Assembly: GCA_013359225.1 (NCBI GenBank)
Contig: JABWCG010000001.1
Coordinates: 134,410 to 198,409, forward strand
Source: Candidatus Buchananbacteria bacterium
GTDB taxonomy: Bacteria > Patescibacteriota > Patescibacteriia > Buchananbacterales > UBA6539
Length of the DNA: 64,000 bases
Direction of reading: 5' to 3'
Made by a program: the position numbers and the translations under genes. Numbering within the stretch: position 1 is the first letter of the stretch; every line of letters begins with the position of its first letter. This document shows, piece by piece, positions 18,860-29,047 of this stretch. The notes below the pieces were generated by a model. The model was not told the DNA's origin. It saw only the letters and a program-made list of their open reading frames with translations, and did no database searches.

Positions 18860-20167
18860 ATGTCAAATTACCTCATCACCGGCCAGCAGCGCCTGCGAGG
18901 CACGCTGGTAACCAATACGTCAAAAAATGCCGCCGTTGTTTTATTGAATGCGGCTCTTTTGAATAAAGGTGTAACAACTTTAATGGGAGTGCCAAAGATT
19001 GAGGAAGTTAACCGGATCATTGAAGTGCTGGAAAGCGTTGGTGTTTCGGTGACCTGGTTTGGTGAAAACAATATTCGTATCAAGCCGCCGAAGAAATTAA
19101 ATTTTTCCAAGCTAAATTATCAGGCAGCGAGTCGCACCCGAAGCATTATTTTTTGGTTAGCGGCGCTGGCGGCTGACTATCAGTCATTCAAAGTTCCACA
19201 GCCCAGCGGCTGTCGAATTGGCAAACGTACGGTCAAACCCCATTTGTTTGCTTTGGAAAATTTTGGAATAAAAGTAAAAACGACATCACGATATTATGAG
19301 GTTTTGGCGCGTAATCTTCGCGCGGCCGGCGACATTGCATTGTACGAATCGGGTGACACGGTGACGGAAAATGTTTTGATGGTCGCCGCCCGTCTTGGGG
19401 GCCGCACCAGGGTGTCGTATGCTTCAGCCAATTATCAGGTTCAGGACCTTTGTTTCTTTTTGCAGAAATTAGGAATAAAAATCAAAGGGATTGGCACCAC
19501 CACTCTGGAAATTTATGGCCAAAAGAACATTAATAAAAATATTACCTATTATCTGACTGAAGACCCAATTGAATCGATGTTATTTTTGGCGATTGCAGTG
19601 ACTACTAATTCAAGCCTGACGATTAAGCGGTGTCCGATTGATTTTTTAACGCTTGAGCTTTTAAAGCTTGAGAAAATGGGCTTTAAATATGAAATTCTGA
19701 GGCGGTATAAAGCCAAAAACGGCCAGGCCAATTTAGTTGATATTAAAACATTTAAGAGTAAGCTGGTGGCGCTTGAAGAAAAAATTTATGCCCGGCCGTA
19801 TCCGGGTTTGAACATGGATAACTTGCCATTTTTTGTACCAATTGCCACGCAAGCGAAAGGCGAGACATTTATTTTTGATTGGGTCTACGAAAATCGCGCT
19901 ATCTACTATACCGAATTAAATAAGCTGGGGGCGAAGGTTAATCTAGTTGATCCACATCGGGTTTATATTACCGGTCCTACGAAACTTACCGCCGCCGAAG
20001 TAATTTGTCCGCCGGCGCTACGGCCTTCAACGATTATTTTGGTTGCCATGCTAGCCGCGAAAGGCTCATCAATTCTACATCACACATATTCCATTGAGCG
20101 CGGGTATCAGGATTTGTGCAGCCGCCTGTCAAAAGTAGGTGCTAAAATAAAAAAGATTGAAGAATAA
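18860..20167 (+). CDS. murA: UDP-N-acetylglucosamine 1-carboxyvinyltransferase
   Basis: SKNA, GCRIGKR (catalytic Cys), PYPGLNMD, YENR, IERGY. Confidence 0.92.
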   Translation: MSNYLITGQQRLRGTLVTNTSKNAAVVLLNAALLNKGVTTLMGVPKIEEVNRIIEVLESVGVSVTWFGENNIRIKPPKKLNFSKLNYQAASRTRSIIFWLAALAADYQSFKVPQPSGCRIGKRTVKPHLFALENFGIKVKTTSRYYEVLARNLRAAGDIALYESGDTVTENVLMVAARLGGRTRVSYASANYQVQDLCFFLQKLGIKIKGIGTTTLEIYGQKNINKNITYYLTEDPIESMLFLAIAVTTNSSLTIKRCPIDFLTLELLKLEKMGFKYEILRRYKAKNGQANLVDIKTFKSKLVALEEKIYARPYPGLNMDNLPFFVPIATQAKGETFIFDWVYENRAIYYTELNKLGAKVNLVDPHRVYITGPTKLTAAEVICPPALRPSTIILVAMLAAKGSSILHHTYSIERGYQDLCSRLSKVGAKIKKIEE

Positions 20168-20181
20168 TTTAAGATAATCAC

Positions 20182-21471
20182 ATGACGGAAAATCAAAATC
20201 AAAAACCAAAGTTAGTTAAAGGAATTTTGGTTAGTTATGCGGGCTTAATCGCCATATTGCTTGTTTTTATTTTGGGGTTTGCGGTTGGTAAGTCATCGTT
20301 ATTTAAGAATGAGCAAAAAAATATTTCTGGTGGTGAAATCACCAACGCCGAAGAGATTCCTGACTTTTTGAAAGAAGATGTTGACTTTCAGGAATTTTGG
20401 CAAGTGTGGAAATATATCAAAGAAAATTATGTTCAGTCAGATGTTACGGACACCCAGCTATTTTATGGTGCAATGGCTGGTCTAGTTGGTGCCTTAGACG
20501 ATCCGTATTCGGTATTTTTTGATCCGGAGATCTCGGAGAAATTTGAAGAAGAGCTTTCGGGTAGTTTTGAGGGTATTGGCGCTGAAATCGGCATCAAAGA
20601 GGGCCAGCTTACCGTGATTGCGCCGTTAGAGGGTACACCTGCTAAACAAGCCGGTTTGAGCGCTGGTGACGCGATTTTGGCTATTGACGGCTATGACACT
20701 GCCGGGATTGCCTTAGATTACGCAGTGAGCAAAATTCGGGGAGATAAAGGCAGCGAGGTGGTATTGTCTATCTATCGAACCGGCGATTCAGAACCGCACG
20801 ATGTTACCATTGTTCGGGATACTATTGAAATTGACAGCGTTAAACTTTCCCGCAAGAGTGCTGACGGCAAACCGGAAGAAGGTTTTGAACTTAAGGATGG
20901 GGATATTGCATATATTGAGTTAAGCTATTTTAACGAAAATACCCTGGCTGATTGGAATAAGACGATCCAGGAAGCGTTAGCGGCGAATCCAAAAGGTATT
21001 GTCTTGGATTTACGTAATAACCCGGGTGGTTTTTTGCAGACGGCAATTGAAATTGCCGGTGAATGGGTGAATGGTAAAGAAGTGGTTTACGAGCGTTTAC
21101 GCGATGGAGTGAAAATTGCTCATAATGCAAACCGCCAAGCACGGTTGAATGATTTTCCGACGGTTGTTCTGGTTAACCGAGGCAGTGCTTCTGGGTCGGA
21201 AATCGTGGCCGGTGCATTGCAGGATTACGATGAGGCGACCATTATTGGTGAAACCACTTTTGGGAAGGGTTCAGTCCAGGATTTAAAGAAATTTAAAGAT
21301 GGTTCAGCAGTTAAGTTGACTATTGCTGAATGGTTGACGCCGCTGGAGCGCAATATCAATAAGGAAGGTATTAAACCAGATATCGAAGTTGTAATGACCC
21401 GCGAGGATTACGAAAATAACCGCGATCCGCAACTTGATCGAGCTTTGGAATTTCTCCGCAACGGTCAGTAA
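20182..21471 (+). CDS. ctpA: Carboxy-terminal processing protease, S41 family with PDZ domain
   Basis: DDPYS, GIGAEI, DLRNNPGG, SASGSE, TFGKGSVQ. Confidence 0.93.
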   Translation: MTENQNQKPKLVKGILVSYAGLIAILLVFILGFAVGKSSLFKNEQKNISGGEITNAEEIPDFLKEDVDFQEFWQVWKYIKENYVQSDVTDTQLFYGAMAGLVGALDDPYSVFFDPEISEKFEEELSGSFEGIGAEIGIKEGQLTVIAPLEGTPAKQAGLSAGDAILAIDGYDTAGIALDYAVSKIRGDKGSEVVLSIYRTGDSEPHDVTIVRDTIEIDSVKLSRKSADGKPEEGFELKDGDIAYIELSYFNENTLADWNKTIQEALAANPKGIVLDLRNNPGGFLQTAIEIAGEWVNGKEVVYERLRDGVKIAHNANRQARLNDFPTVVLVNRGSASGSEIVAGALQDYDEATIIGETTFGKGSVQDLKKFKDGSAVKLTIAEWLTPLERNINKEGIKPDIEVVMTREDYENNRDPQLDRALEFLRNGQ

Positions 21472-21488
21472 GGATTTAACACACATTT

Positions 21489-21764
21489 ATGATCAGCCGC
21501 CTGGTATTAAAAATTCAGGGGCAGGTGCAAGGAGTCGGTTTTCGTTTTGCTTCACAGCAGGAGGCTCGAAGTCGAGGGCTACGGGGGCATGTTAAGAATC
21601 GTAAAGATGGTTCGGTTGAAATTGTTGCCGAGGGCCCAGCCGAGGACTTGAAAAAATTTGTGGACTGGTGTTATAATGGTGTTGGACCAGCAATGGTTCA
21701 AAAGATTGAACAAACCTGGTCGGAACCGACTAGTGAATTTTCTGATTTTGTAATAAAATTTTAG
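21489..21764 (+). CDS. acyP: Acylphosphatase
   Basis: GQVQGVGFR, VKNRKDGSVE. Confidence 0.95.
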   Translation: MISRLVLKIQGQVQGVGFRFASQQEARSRGLRGHVKNRKDGSVEIVAEGPAEDLKKFVDWCYNGVGPAMVQKIEQTWSEPTSEFSDFVIKF

Positions 21765-21770
21765 ACTTTT

Positions 21771-22223
21771 ATGAAAAAAACCCTGAAAGTAATTTTGTTA
21801 AAGAATGTCGCTAATTTAGGCAAAGCTGGAGATCTTAAAGATGTTTCTTTGGGATATGCCAGGAATTTTTTGTTGGCTAATAATCTGGCTGAGGAAGCAA
21901 CGGCCAAGGCAATTGCCGAGCTTGATGTTAGGCGTGCTAAGATGGCTAAAGAGGCCGAACTGGAGCTGGGCCGGGCTGAAGAGCTGGCGAGAAAACTTGA
22001 GGGGCAAACAGTTGAGATTACCGCCAAGGCTAGTGATGAAGGAACATTATACGCTGCGATTTCATCTGCGAAGATTGCCAGCGCCTTGAAATCAAAGGGG
22101 TTTGATGTTGCTAAAGACCAAATTTCAGCCAGTCATATTAAAGAACTTGGAGAGCATGAGATTGTGATTAACTTAGACCACGGTTTAGAGGCAAGAATTA
22201 CTTTAATTATTAATTCGGAATAA
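21771..22223 (+). CDS. rplI: 50S ribosomal protein L9
   Basis: KVILLKNVANLGKAG, GYARNFL, IKELG. Confidence 0.96.
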   Translation: MKKTLKVILLKNVANLGKAGDLKDVSLGYARNFLLANNLAEEATAKAIAELDVRRAKMAKEAELELGRAEELARKLEGQTVEITAKASDEGTLYAAISSAKIASALKSKGFDVAKDQISASHIKELGEHEIVINLDHGLEARITLIINSE

Positions 22224-22267
22224 CAGTGACTTTTAGTTTTGGTAAAATCAAAGCAGATATCAATTAA

Positions 22268-22293
22268 GACCCACCGTCGCCGGTGGGTTTGTC
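22268..22293 (+). terminator. Hairpin between rplI and pyrG (terminator or pyrG leader element)
   Basis: ACCCACCG/CGGTGGGT stem with only a short T run. Confidence 0.45.
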
Positions 22294-22330
22294 GCTATAA
22301 AAATATTAACTATCAAATTAATTTAAACAT

Positions 22331-23965
22331 ATGTCAAAATTTATTTTTGTGATGGGGGGAGTAATGTCCGGGGTTGGCAAAGGGGTAACCGCCGCTTCAA
22401 TCGGAAAAATTCTTCAGTCCCGGGGATACCGGGTTACCGCGATTAAGATTGATCCATATATTAATGTTGATGCCGGCACAATGAACCCGACCGAACACGG
22501 TGAAGTGTTTGTTACCGATGATGGCGACGAAACCGATCAGGATATCGGCAATTATGAACGATTTTTAAACACGGATATTTTGCGTGTTAATTATATGACT
22601 ACCGGCCGGGTGTATCAGTCTGTGATCAACCGCGAACGCAACTTGGAGTATGGTGGTAAGTGTGTTGAAGTGGTGCCGCATATCCCTGAAGAGGTGATTA
22701 GCCGGATTAAGAAGGCGGCCGTTAAATCAAGGGCCGATATTACAATTATTGAAGTTGGCGGAACGGTTGGTGAGTATCAAAATGTTTTATTTCTTGAGGC
22801 CGGCAGAATGATGCATTACCGAAATCATGAAGATGTTTTGTTTATTTTAGTAAGCTATTTACCGGTGCCCGGTACCCTTGGTGAAATGAAGACTAAGCCA
22901 ACCCAATATGCGGTACAGCAAGTTAATGCGGCCGGGATCCAACCGGACTTTATTATTGCTCGATCAATCTTGCCGATTGATGAGCCGCGGAAACAAAAGA
23001 TCTCAACTTTTTGCAACGTCAGTAAACACGACGTTATTTCTAATCCTGACGTAGAATCAATTTATGAAATTCCTTTGATTTTGGAGCGAGAAAATTTGAG
23101 TGAGAAAATTTTGAAAAAATTAAAGCTTAAGCCGAAAAAGAAGAATTTGTCTGATTGGCAGAAAATGGTTCGCTCAATTAAGAATGCCAAAAAGAAGGTA
23201 AAAATTGGTATTGTTGGTAAATATTTTGCCACCGGCGATTTCGTGTTGCCGGACTCATATATCTCAGTTATTGAGGCGGTAAAACACGCCGGTTTAGCCA
23301 ATGGTGTCAAACCGGAGATTCATTGGATCAACTCGGATGTGTATGAGAAAAACCCCAGCCTCGTTAAGGAATTAAAAGATTATGATGGAGTGATTGTTCC
23401 GGGCGGTTTTGGCAGTAGAGGCATTGAGGGCAAGATTCAGGCAATTAAGTATGTCAGAGAAAACGGCATTCCTTATTTAGGATTGTGCTATGGCATGCAG
23501 CTTGCAACCATCGAATTTGCCCGTAACGTCGCAAAATTGACTGATGCTGCCAGTACGGAATTCAAACCAAATACCAAACATCCGGTAATTCATATCATGC
23601 CTGACCAAGCCGAAAAAATGGCCAAGAAACAGTATGGTAATACCATGAGACTAGGAGCATATCCGGCTGTGCTGGATAAGAATTCCAAAAGTATTGGGCT
23701 ATATGGCACTAAAAAAATCAGCGAGCGTCATCGGCACCGCTATGAATTTAATAATGATTACCGCGACCGATTGACTAAAAAAGGGTTATTATTGGCGGGG
23801 TTATCACCAGACAAACATCTGGTTGAAATAATTGAAATTCCGTCTCATCCTTTCTTTGTGGGTACGCAGTTTCATCCAGAACTTAAATCTCGGCCATTAA
23901 ATCCGCATCCTTTGTTCAAGGGGTTAGTGGCTGCGGCAAAAAAGCGTTCGGTCGCTAAGAAATAA
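22331..23965 (+). CDS. pyrG: CTP synthase
   Basis: GGVMSGVGKG, DPYINVDAGTM, GLCYGMQ, ERHRHRYE, QFHPE. Confidence 0.98.
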   Translation: MSKFIFVMGGVMSGVGKGVTAASIGKILQSRGYRVTAIKIDPYINVDAGTMNPTEHGEVFVTDDGDETDQDIGNYERFLNTDILRVNYMTTGRVYQSVINRERNLEYGGKCVEVVPHIPEEVISRIKKAAVKSRADITIIEVGGTVGEYQNVLFLEAGRMMHYRNHEDVLFILVSYLPVPGTLGEMKTKPTQYAVQQVNAAGIQPDFIIARSILPIDEPRKQKISTFCNVSKHDVISNPDVESIYEIPLILERENLSEKILKKLKLKPKKKNLSDWQKMVRSIKNAKKKVKIGIVGKYFATGDFVLPDSYISVIEAVKHAGLANGVKPEIHWINSDVYEKNPSLVKELKDYDGVIVPGGFGSRGIEGKIQAIKYVRENGIPYLGLCYGMQLATIEFARNVAKLTDAASTEFKPNTKHPVIHIMPDQAEKMAKKQYGNTMRLGAYPAVLDKNSKSIGLYGTKKISERHRHRYEFNNDYRDRLTKKGLLLAGLSPDKHLVEIIEIPSHPFFVGTQFHPELKSRPLNPHPLFKGLVAAAKKRSVAKK

Positions 23966-23973
23966 AGACTAAT

Positions 23974-24009
23974 AAAAAATCCTGCCACTTGTAAGCGGCA
24001 GGATTTTTT
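23974..24009. terminator. Bidirectional terminator between convergent pyrG and rpmA
   Basis: AAAAAATCCTGCC / GGCAGGATTTTTT inverted repeat. Confidence 0.85.
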
Positions 24010-24015
24010 GAGTAA

Positions 24016-24306
24016 TTATTTTTCGGAATTTTTCGGCAAGATGTTTACAAATTTTGCCCATTCAATATTTCCGGTAAATTTTTTGATCTTTTTGCGGCTG
24101 AATTTCACTACGCCTGGAATGAGGGCGTACAGCGTATCATCATTGCCACGCTTGACATTTTTTCCGGCTCGGAATTTACTGCCGCGTTGGCGGACTAAGA
24201 TGCTTCCTGCGGGGGCAAATTCGCCCTCGTAAAGCTTAATGCCAAGTCGTTTGGATTGGGAGTCTCGTCCAAGATGTGTGGATCCACCGGCTTTCTTATG
24301 TGCCAT
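24016..24306 (-). CDS. rpmA: 50S ribosomal protein L27
   Basis: [32 protein letters not shown]. Confidence 0.97.
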   Translation of the reverse strand: MAHKKAGGSTHLGRDSQSKRLGIKLYEGEFAPAGSILVRQRGSKFRAGKNVKRGNDDTLYALIPGVVKFSRKKIKKFTGNIEWAKFVNILPKNSEK

Positions 24307-24342
24307 AGGGGTAAATAATTAGTTTACTAACTTAACATAAAT

Positions 24343-24393
24343 AATATAAAGGATAATTGTTGGATTGTCAAGCAACCTGCTTTAGGATATACT
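24343..24393. promoter_or_regulatory. Back-to-back promoters sharing TTGTCAA (rpmA / C39-like lipoprotein)
   Basis: Plus strand TTGTCA(24365)-17-TATACT; minus strand TTGACA(24371)-17-TATATT. Confidence 0.65.
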
Positions 24394-24401
24394 GGGAAAG
24401 T

Positions 24402-25256
24402 ATGAAAATTAGCTATTTTTTGATAATAACCCTGTTAGTTGGAATTTTGAGTGGCTGTGCGCCTCGCATTGAGTCTAATTTTAATGCTGTAGCAAACGGC
24501 GAGCCTGATCAAATACCGGTTGCCGCTGACAGCAAAACGGCGACAACTTCCAACCAGCAAGACGTTGAAATTACCGAATCAGAGGTGCCCCTAAAGCCTG
24601 TTAAAGAAGAAGCGCTTGTTCCAAAGCCAACTGAGATGCCGGAAGCCGGGCCGGAAGCTGTTATACCTCAAAAATTAGATTCGGAAATGGTTTTTGTTTC
24701 CCAGGCTCCTTATGCAGTGTGGGATCAGTTGCACGAGGAAGCATGTGAAGAAGCGTCGATGATTATGGTAAAAAAGTATTTTTCTAAAGAGAGTCTGAGC
24801 GCTCACATAATGGAACAAGAAATTCTTGATTTAGTTGAGTGGGAGCAGACGCAGGGGTACCAAATTGATTTGACTGCTCAGGAAACGGCGACTATTTTAC
24901 GCGACTATTTTACGCTTTCGGCCGAAGTAATAACTGACGTAAATGTTGAGCGGATTAAACAGGAATTAGTGGCAGGAAAGTTGATTATTGTTCCCGCCGC
25001 CGGCCGGGAACTTGGCAATCCGTATTTTCAAACGCCGGGGCCGATTTATCACATGCTAATCATTAAAGGGTTTGACGATAACACGCAGGAGTTTATTACT
25101 AATGATCCTGGAACAAGGCGTGGTAAAGATTTTCGGTATAGTTACCAGCGCCTGCTTAGTGCGATTCATGATTGGGATCATGAATTAGCAAAAGGAGGAA
25201 TGACTGATGAAGAAATCAGTCAGGGACGCAAAGTGATAATTTTAGTTAGTAATTAA
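24402..25256 (+). CDS. Lipoprotein with C39-like peptidase domain
   Basis: Start re-called to ATG 24402; lipobox LSGC; SQAP, EACEEAS (Cys), YHMLIIKG (His), TNDPG. Confidence 0.8.
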   Translation: MKISYFLIITLLVGILSGCAPRIESNFNAVANGEPDQIPVAADSKTATTSNQQDVEITESEVPLKPVKEEALVPKPTEMPEAGPEAVIPQKLDSEMVFVSQAPYAVWDQLHEEACEEASMIMVKKYFSKESLSAHIMEQEILDLVEWEQTQGYQIDLTAQETATILRDYFTLSAEVITDVNVERIKQELVAGKLIIVPAAGRELGNPYFQTPGPIYHMLIIKGFDDNTQEFITNDPGTRRGKDFRYSYQRLLSAIHDWDHELAKGGMTDEEISQGRKVIILVSN

Positions 25257-25259
25257 TCT

Positions 25260-26408
25260 ATGACTATTCATAAGACAAGAATATATTTTGATCACGCCGC
25301 CACTACTCCAATTGACAAGGAGGTTTTAGAAAGCATGATGCCTTTTCTGACTTCAGAATTTGGCAATGCTTCGTCGGTCCATTGGTTCGGCCAGACGGCC
25401 GCAGTAGCTGTTGAAAAAGCCAGACGGCAGGCCGCTGATGCCCTGAATTGCCGGGCGAATGAAATCTACTTTACATCTGGTGCAACAGAGAGCAATAACA
25501 CTGTTATAAAGGGTTTGGCTCAGCCCGGGCAGCATATTATCGTTTCGCAGATTGAGCACCCCTCAATTTTAGAACCGGCAAAAATAATGGAACGGTGGGG
25601 AATTGAAGTAACGTATTTACCGCCTGACAGTAATGGTTTAGTTTCGGTTGAGGCTGTGTCACGGGCGGTTAAAGATAGTACTGTTTTGGTTTCAGTTATG
25701 TACGTTAATAACGAGATTGGTACCGTCCAGCCGATTGCTGAAATTGGTCGGCTAATTAGAGAGCTTAACCAATCTCGTAAGCAAAGAATATTTTTTCATA
25801 CAGATGCTGTACAAGCCGCTAATTATTGTGAGCTGGATGTTGAGGCATTGGGAGTGGATTTACTATCATTATCCGGCCATAAAGTGTATGGGCCAAAGGG
25901 TATTGGTTTGTTATACCGTAAGGCCGAAGTGCCGCTGCAGTCGCTACTCTCCGGCGGCGGTCAGGAATATGGTTTCCGGTCAGGAACTTTAAATGTTCCG
26001 GCCATTGTTGGTTTTGGCAGGGCGTTGGAGCTAGCTTCAAAGAATCGGATATCTGACACGAAAAAAATTTTAGAACTACGTGATTATCTTATTAATTTGA
26101 TTTTAAAAAAAGTCCCTCAAGCGCGATTGAATGGTGATAGTGAACATCGGGTTGCTAATAACGCCAATGTTCTTTTCCCTGAGTCTGAAGGGGAAACGGT
26201 TTTAATGCTGCTTGATCAGGCTGGATTTGCTGTCTCAAGCGGTTCGGCCTGTTCTTCTGGATCGCTGGACCCGTCTCATGTTTTGCTGGCATTGGGTCTT
26301 GACGCGACGGCTGCCAAGGCTAGCGTTCGTTTTAGTCTTGGTCGCGGCAATAATAAAAAACAGATTGACAACCTGATTTTAGCACTACTTGAGGCTTTGC
26401 AAAAATAA
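25260..26408 (+). CDS. iscS: Cysteine desulfurase (IscS/NifS group I)
   Basis: DHAATTP, HTDAVQ, SGHKVYGPKG, RSGT, SSGSAC. Confidence 0.93.
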   Translation: MTIHKTRIYFDHAATTPIDKEVLESMMPFLTSEFGNASSVHWFGQTAAVAVEKARRQAADALNCRANEIYFTSGATESNNTVIKGLAQPGQHIIVSQIEHPSILEPAKIMERWGIEVTYLPPDSNGLVSVEAVSRAVKDSTVLVSVMYVNNEIGTVQPIAEIGRLIRELNQSRKQRIFFHTDAVQAANYCELDVEALGVDLLSLSGHKVYGPKGIGLLYRKAEVPLQSLLSGGGQEYGFRSGTLNVPAIVGFGRALELASKNRISDTKKILELRDYLINLILKKVPQARLNGDSEHRVANNANVLFPESEGETVLMLLDQAGFAVSSGSACSSGSLDPSHVLLALGLDATAAKASVRFSLGRGNNKKQIDNLILALLEALQK

Positions 26409-26410
26409 AC

Positions 26411-26456
26411 GATATAAAAAAATCAGCCGGTAAATGTCGGCTGATTTTTTTATATC
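26411..26456. terminator. Bidirectional terminator between iscS and the pil cluster
   Basis: Perfect 19-bp inverted repeat GATATAAAAAAATCAGCCG / CGGCTGATTTTTTTATATC with 8-nt loop. Confidence 0.88.
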
Positions 26457-26849
26457 CTATGGGGTGGTTGTCGCAGTGTTGGTTGAAGTCTGATTTGGTA
26501 ATTCTGCTTGGTTCGTTATAGTATTCTCTTGGTTGATTTCTGGGTTAACTTTATTTTCATTGAATGGATCAGTTATTACATCAAAATTAATATCATCGGT
26601 GGTTGATGATTTTTTATTTAGCCGATTTAAAACGGTTTCAACTTTGTTGATGTCAATAATGTCAGGAGCAACTTCTTTTTTAAGTAAGATTATTTCTTCC
26701 GATTGGGCGATAGTTTGGTAGAAATTTCTATATAAAAAACTGCCTAAGAGTGCTAGCGCCGTTAACAAGAGAACAAAAATCAGGATGTAAAAATATCGCA
26801 GGGAAAACAAGGCCTTTGACGCTTTAATTTTCGGTAATTTTATTTTCAT
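26457..26849 (-). CDS. Membrane-anchored protein in PilP position
   Basis: Single TM, DPF motif, Thr-rich tail; directly after pilO. Confidence 0.6.
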   Translation of the reverse strand: MKIKLPKIKASKALFSLRYFYILIFVLLLTALALLGSFLYRNFYQTIAQSEEIILLKKEVAPDIIDINKVETVLNRLNKKSSTTDDINFDVITDPFNENKVNPEINQENTITNQAELPNQTSTNTATTTP

Positions 26850-27415
26850 AGGTTAGTAGTAATTTTTGCTTCCTCGGGCTCTGGCATAACATATATCTTT
26901 CCGACAATCAAAGAACTGACAACCGGATTAAGTGATTGGTCTTGAGCTGAACCCAGGGCAATGGAGCTAATACTGTAATAGTAGTTTAGTTTTTCTAGTT
27001 CATTTAAATATTTTAGAGTGTCGACGAATGTTCCTTTGACGACAATTTCAAGTGGTACGGCATGGTATGTTCCTGAGCCCTGATCTTGTTTGGTTCCTAA
27101 TTTCAATGTTTGTTCCAGTTTATATTGGCTTGATATTGATTCAAGGGCGGTGATAAACTCTAATTCTTTTCCTTCCTTGATAAAAATGTTAGCCAGTTTA
27201 TTTTTCTCAGGCTTAATTTTTTCAAAGTCCTCCATAGTTTTTTTCAACAGCTGTCCTTTGAGATATTTTTTTTCCAAATCTAACCTTTCTAAATAAACAT
27301 CATTACTTATTTTTTTAATGTCATTAATCGTCGGTAAGATGATAAAATAGGATATCATTCCTGACAGCAACAACACCGCTAATACGGCAATTATAATTTT
27401 TTGTTTAGTCTGCAT
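26846..27415 (-). CDS. pilO: Type IV pilus alignment protein PilO-like
   Basis: TM + coiled coil + VPLEIVVKGTFVDTLKYLNELE. Confidence 0.8.
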   Translation of the reverse strand: MQTKQKIIIAVLAVLLLSGMISYFIILPTINDIKKISNDVYLERLDLEKKYLKGQLLKKTMEDFEKIKPEKNKLANIFIKEGKELEFITALESISSQYKLEQTLKLGTKQDQGSGTYHAVPLEIVVKGTFVDTLKYLNELEKLNYYYSISSIALGSAQDQSLNPVVSSLIVGKIYVMPEPEEAKITTNL

Positions 27416-27947
27416 ATTTTTTTATTTCGTCAATATTGATATCGGCTTTGACGCTGATATCAATGTCTTCTCGCCGCAGCAGGTTGTCAATTGGTACTTC
27501 AATGTTGAAAAACAGGGGAGAGGATTCCAAATTTTTTTGGAAGCTAAGAAGCTCGTCTCGGGTTGATGCAATGCCGGTTAGAAGAATCCGATTTTCTTTA
27601 ATGGTTATGCTGTCCAAGCCAATACCGGTCGGCACTAATTTTGAAAAATCAATAAAAAATTTTGACCACAGCAAGTATTCGGATTGGATACTGGCAACAG
27701 CGTTTAGTTGAGTGTTGAAATTTTTGACATCTTGGCTTAAGGTGTTGGCATATTTAGTGGTTAGGGTTGTTTGCTCCACAATCCGGTTGAAGTGATTTTG
27801 AAGTACTACTTTTGCCGACAGCAATGCAATGGCTGACAGTATATTAATCAATAAAATGGCAATAACAAAATTTTTAATCATGATATAAAATTGAGTCAGG
27901 CGTAACTCATTTTTCTTCGATGGCGGAATCAGGTTGAGGTTAATCAT
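27405..27947 (-). CDS. pilN: PilN-domain protein
   Basis: MINLNLIP PilM-binding motif (start re-called to 27947), TM, coiled coil, LTGIASTR. Confidence 0.85.
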   Translation of the reverse strand: MINLNLIPPSKKNELRLTQFYIMIKNFVIAILLINILSAIALLSAKVVLQNHFNRIVEQTTLTTKYANTLSQDVKNFNTQLNAVASIQSEYLLWSKFFIDFSKLVPTGIGLDSITIKENRILLTGIASTRDELLSFQKNLESSPLFFNIEVPIDNLLRREDIDISVKADINIDEIKKYAD

Positions 27948-28995
27948 ATAGGGTTTTTTTATCAAACGATCTTAAGGCCAGGCCGATAGCAGTGGTATAT
28001 GAGAGTATCCTTTCTTTGGGGATTGACCCTTTTTTATCATTTTTTATTTTTATCATTGGGTTGCCGATTGCCACTGGCAGATTAAGTTTTTGGGCAATGA
28101 CTTTATCAATGCCAATGAAGTTGGATCCGCCGCCGCAGAGGATAATTTCTGCAATCTCGCTTGCCTCAGAAAAATTGCTTTTATAAAAGATCAGACTCTT
28201 TTTGATGTGTTTACTAATATCGTCGATTGGTTTTAAGAGAATTTTTAGCAGTGCGCCTTCACATCGCTGAGGATCAAGTCCGCAGACAATTTTTGCTTCC
28301 TCAGCCTTGTTGTGATCTAGCTTAAGTGTTTTTTCGATTGTCTCGGTAATATTATTGCCAGAAATCGGCAGACTTACCGTAAACTGGACAGTGCCGTGGT
28401 CATAAATTATTAAGCTGGATCGGGCGGCGCCAAAATCAATTATTATCCTTGGCTTGATGTCATTTTTATCGATGAGCGATCTAATGATGGCTGCTGATTC
28501 AATTTCCAGGATATATGGGGACAGGCCACTTTTTTCTAATGCCAAAAAATAACTTTCAACAATATTTTTAGCTGCGGCCCCTATTAAAATCTTAGTAGTG
28601 TCTGGTTTTTTTTCAATAATTTGCCAGTCAAGATAAATCTCTTCAAGTGCCATCGGAATATGATTTACGATCTCATCATTAACGAGTTGTTGATAGGAAT
28701 TTTTATCTTCAGGGGTTTTTATCTCTATCACCTTAATAAAAGTTTTTGTTTCTGGTAACACTGAAATTACTTTTCGACCGTTTAATCTTCGGGCGGTCTT
28801 GGTGAGTTTTTTTATCAATTCAATCAATTTCTTTTCATCAGTAATTTCGCCATTAGTAATAACACCAGCCGGAAGTGCTAGTTCATTGTAGGAAGTTATG
28901 ATATTTTTTTTACCTTTTTTGTTTAGCTGAATTAACCGTAATGCGCCGTCACTGATATCGATGCTAAAAAATTCTTGTCCGAAACTTAGTGCCAT
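27940..28995 (-). CDS. pilM: Type IV pilus assembly protein PilM
   Basis: SIDISD, IIDFGA, ILCGGGS, TAIGLALR actin-like motifs. Confidence 0.92.
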   Translation of the reverse strand: MALSFGQEFFSIDISDGALRLIQLNKKGKKNIITSYNELALPAGVITNGEITDEKKLIELIKKLTKTARRLNGRKVISVLPETKTFIKVIEIKTPEDKNSYQQLVNDEIVNHIPMALEEIYLDWQIIEKKPDTTKILIGAAAKNIVESYFLALEKSGLSPYILEIESAAIIRSLIDKNDIKPRIIIDFGAARSSLIIYDHGTVQFTVSLPISGNNITETIEKTLKLDHNKAEEAKIVCGLDPQRCEGALLKILLKPIDDISKHIKKSLIFYKSNFSEASEIAEIILCGGGSNFIGIDKVIAQKLNLPVAIGNPMIKIKNDKKGSIPKERILSYTTAIGLALRSFDKKTLYD

Positions 28996-29047
28996 AATTT
29001 TTTGATTTCTTTTGAATAATTATAGCAATTTTTTAATTTATTAACAA

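Noticed and set aside
26411-26456. 19-bp perfect inverted repeat as a MITE or IS end
   Set aside because: 8-nt loop with A/T tails between convergent genes is a bidirectional terminator; no transposase or second copy seen
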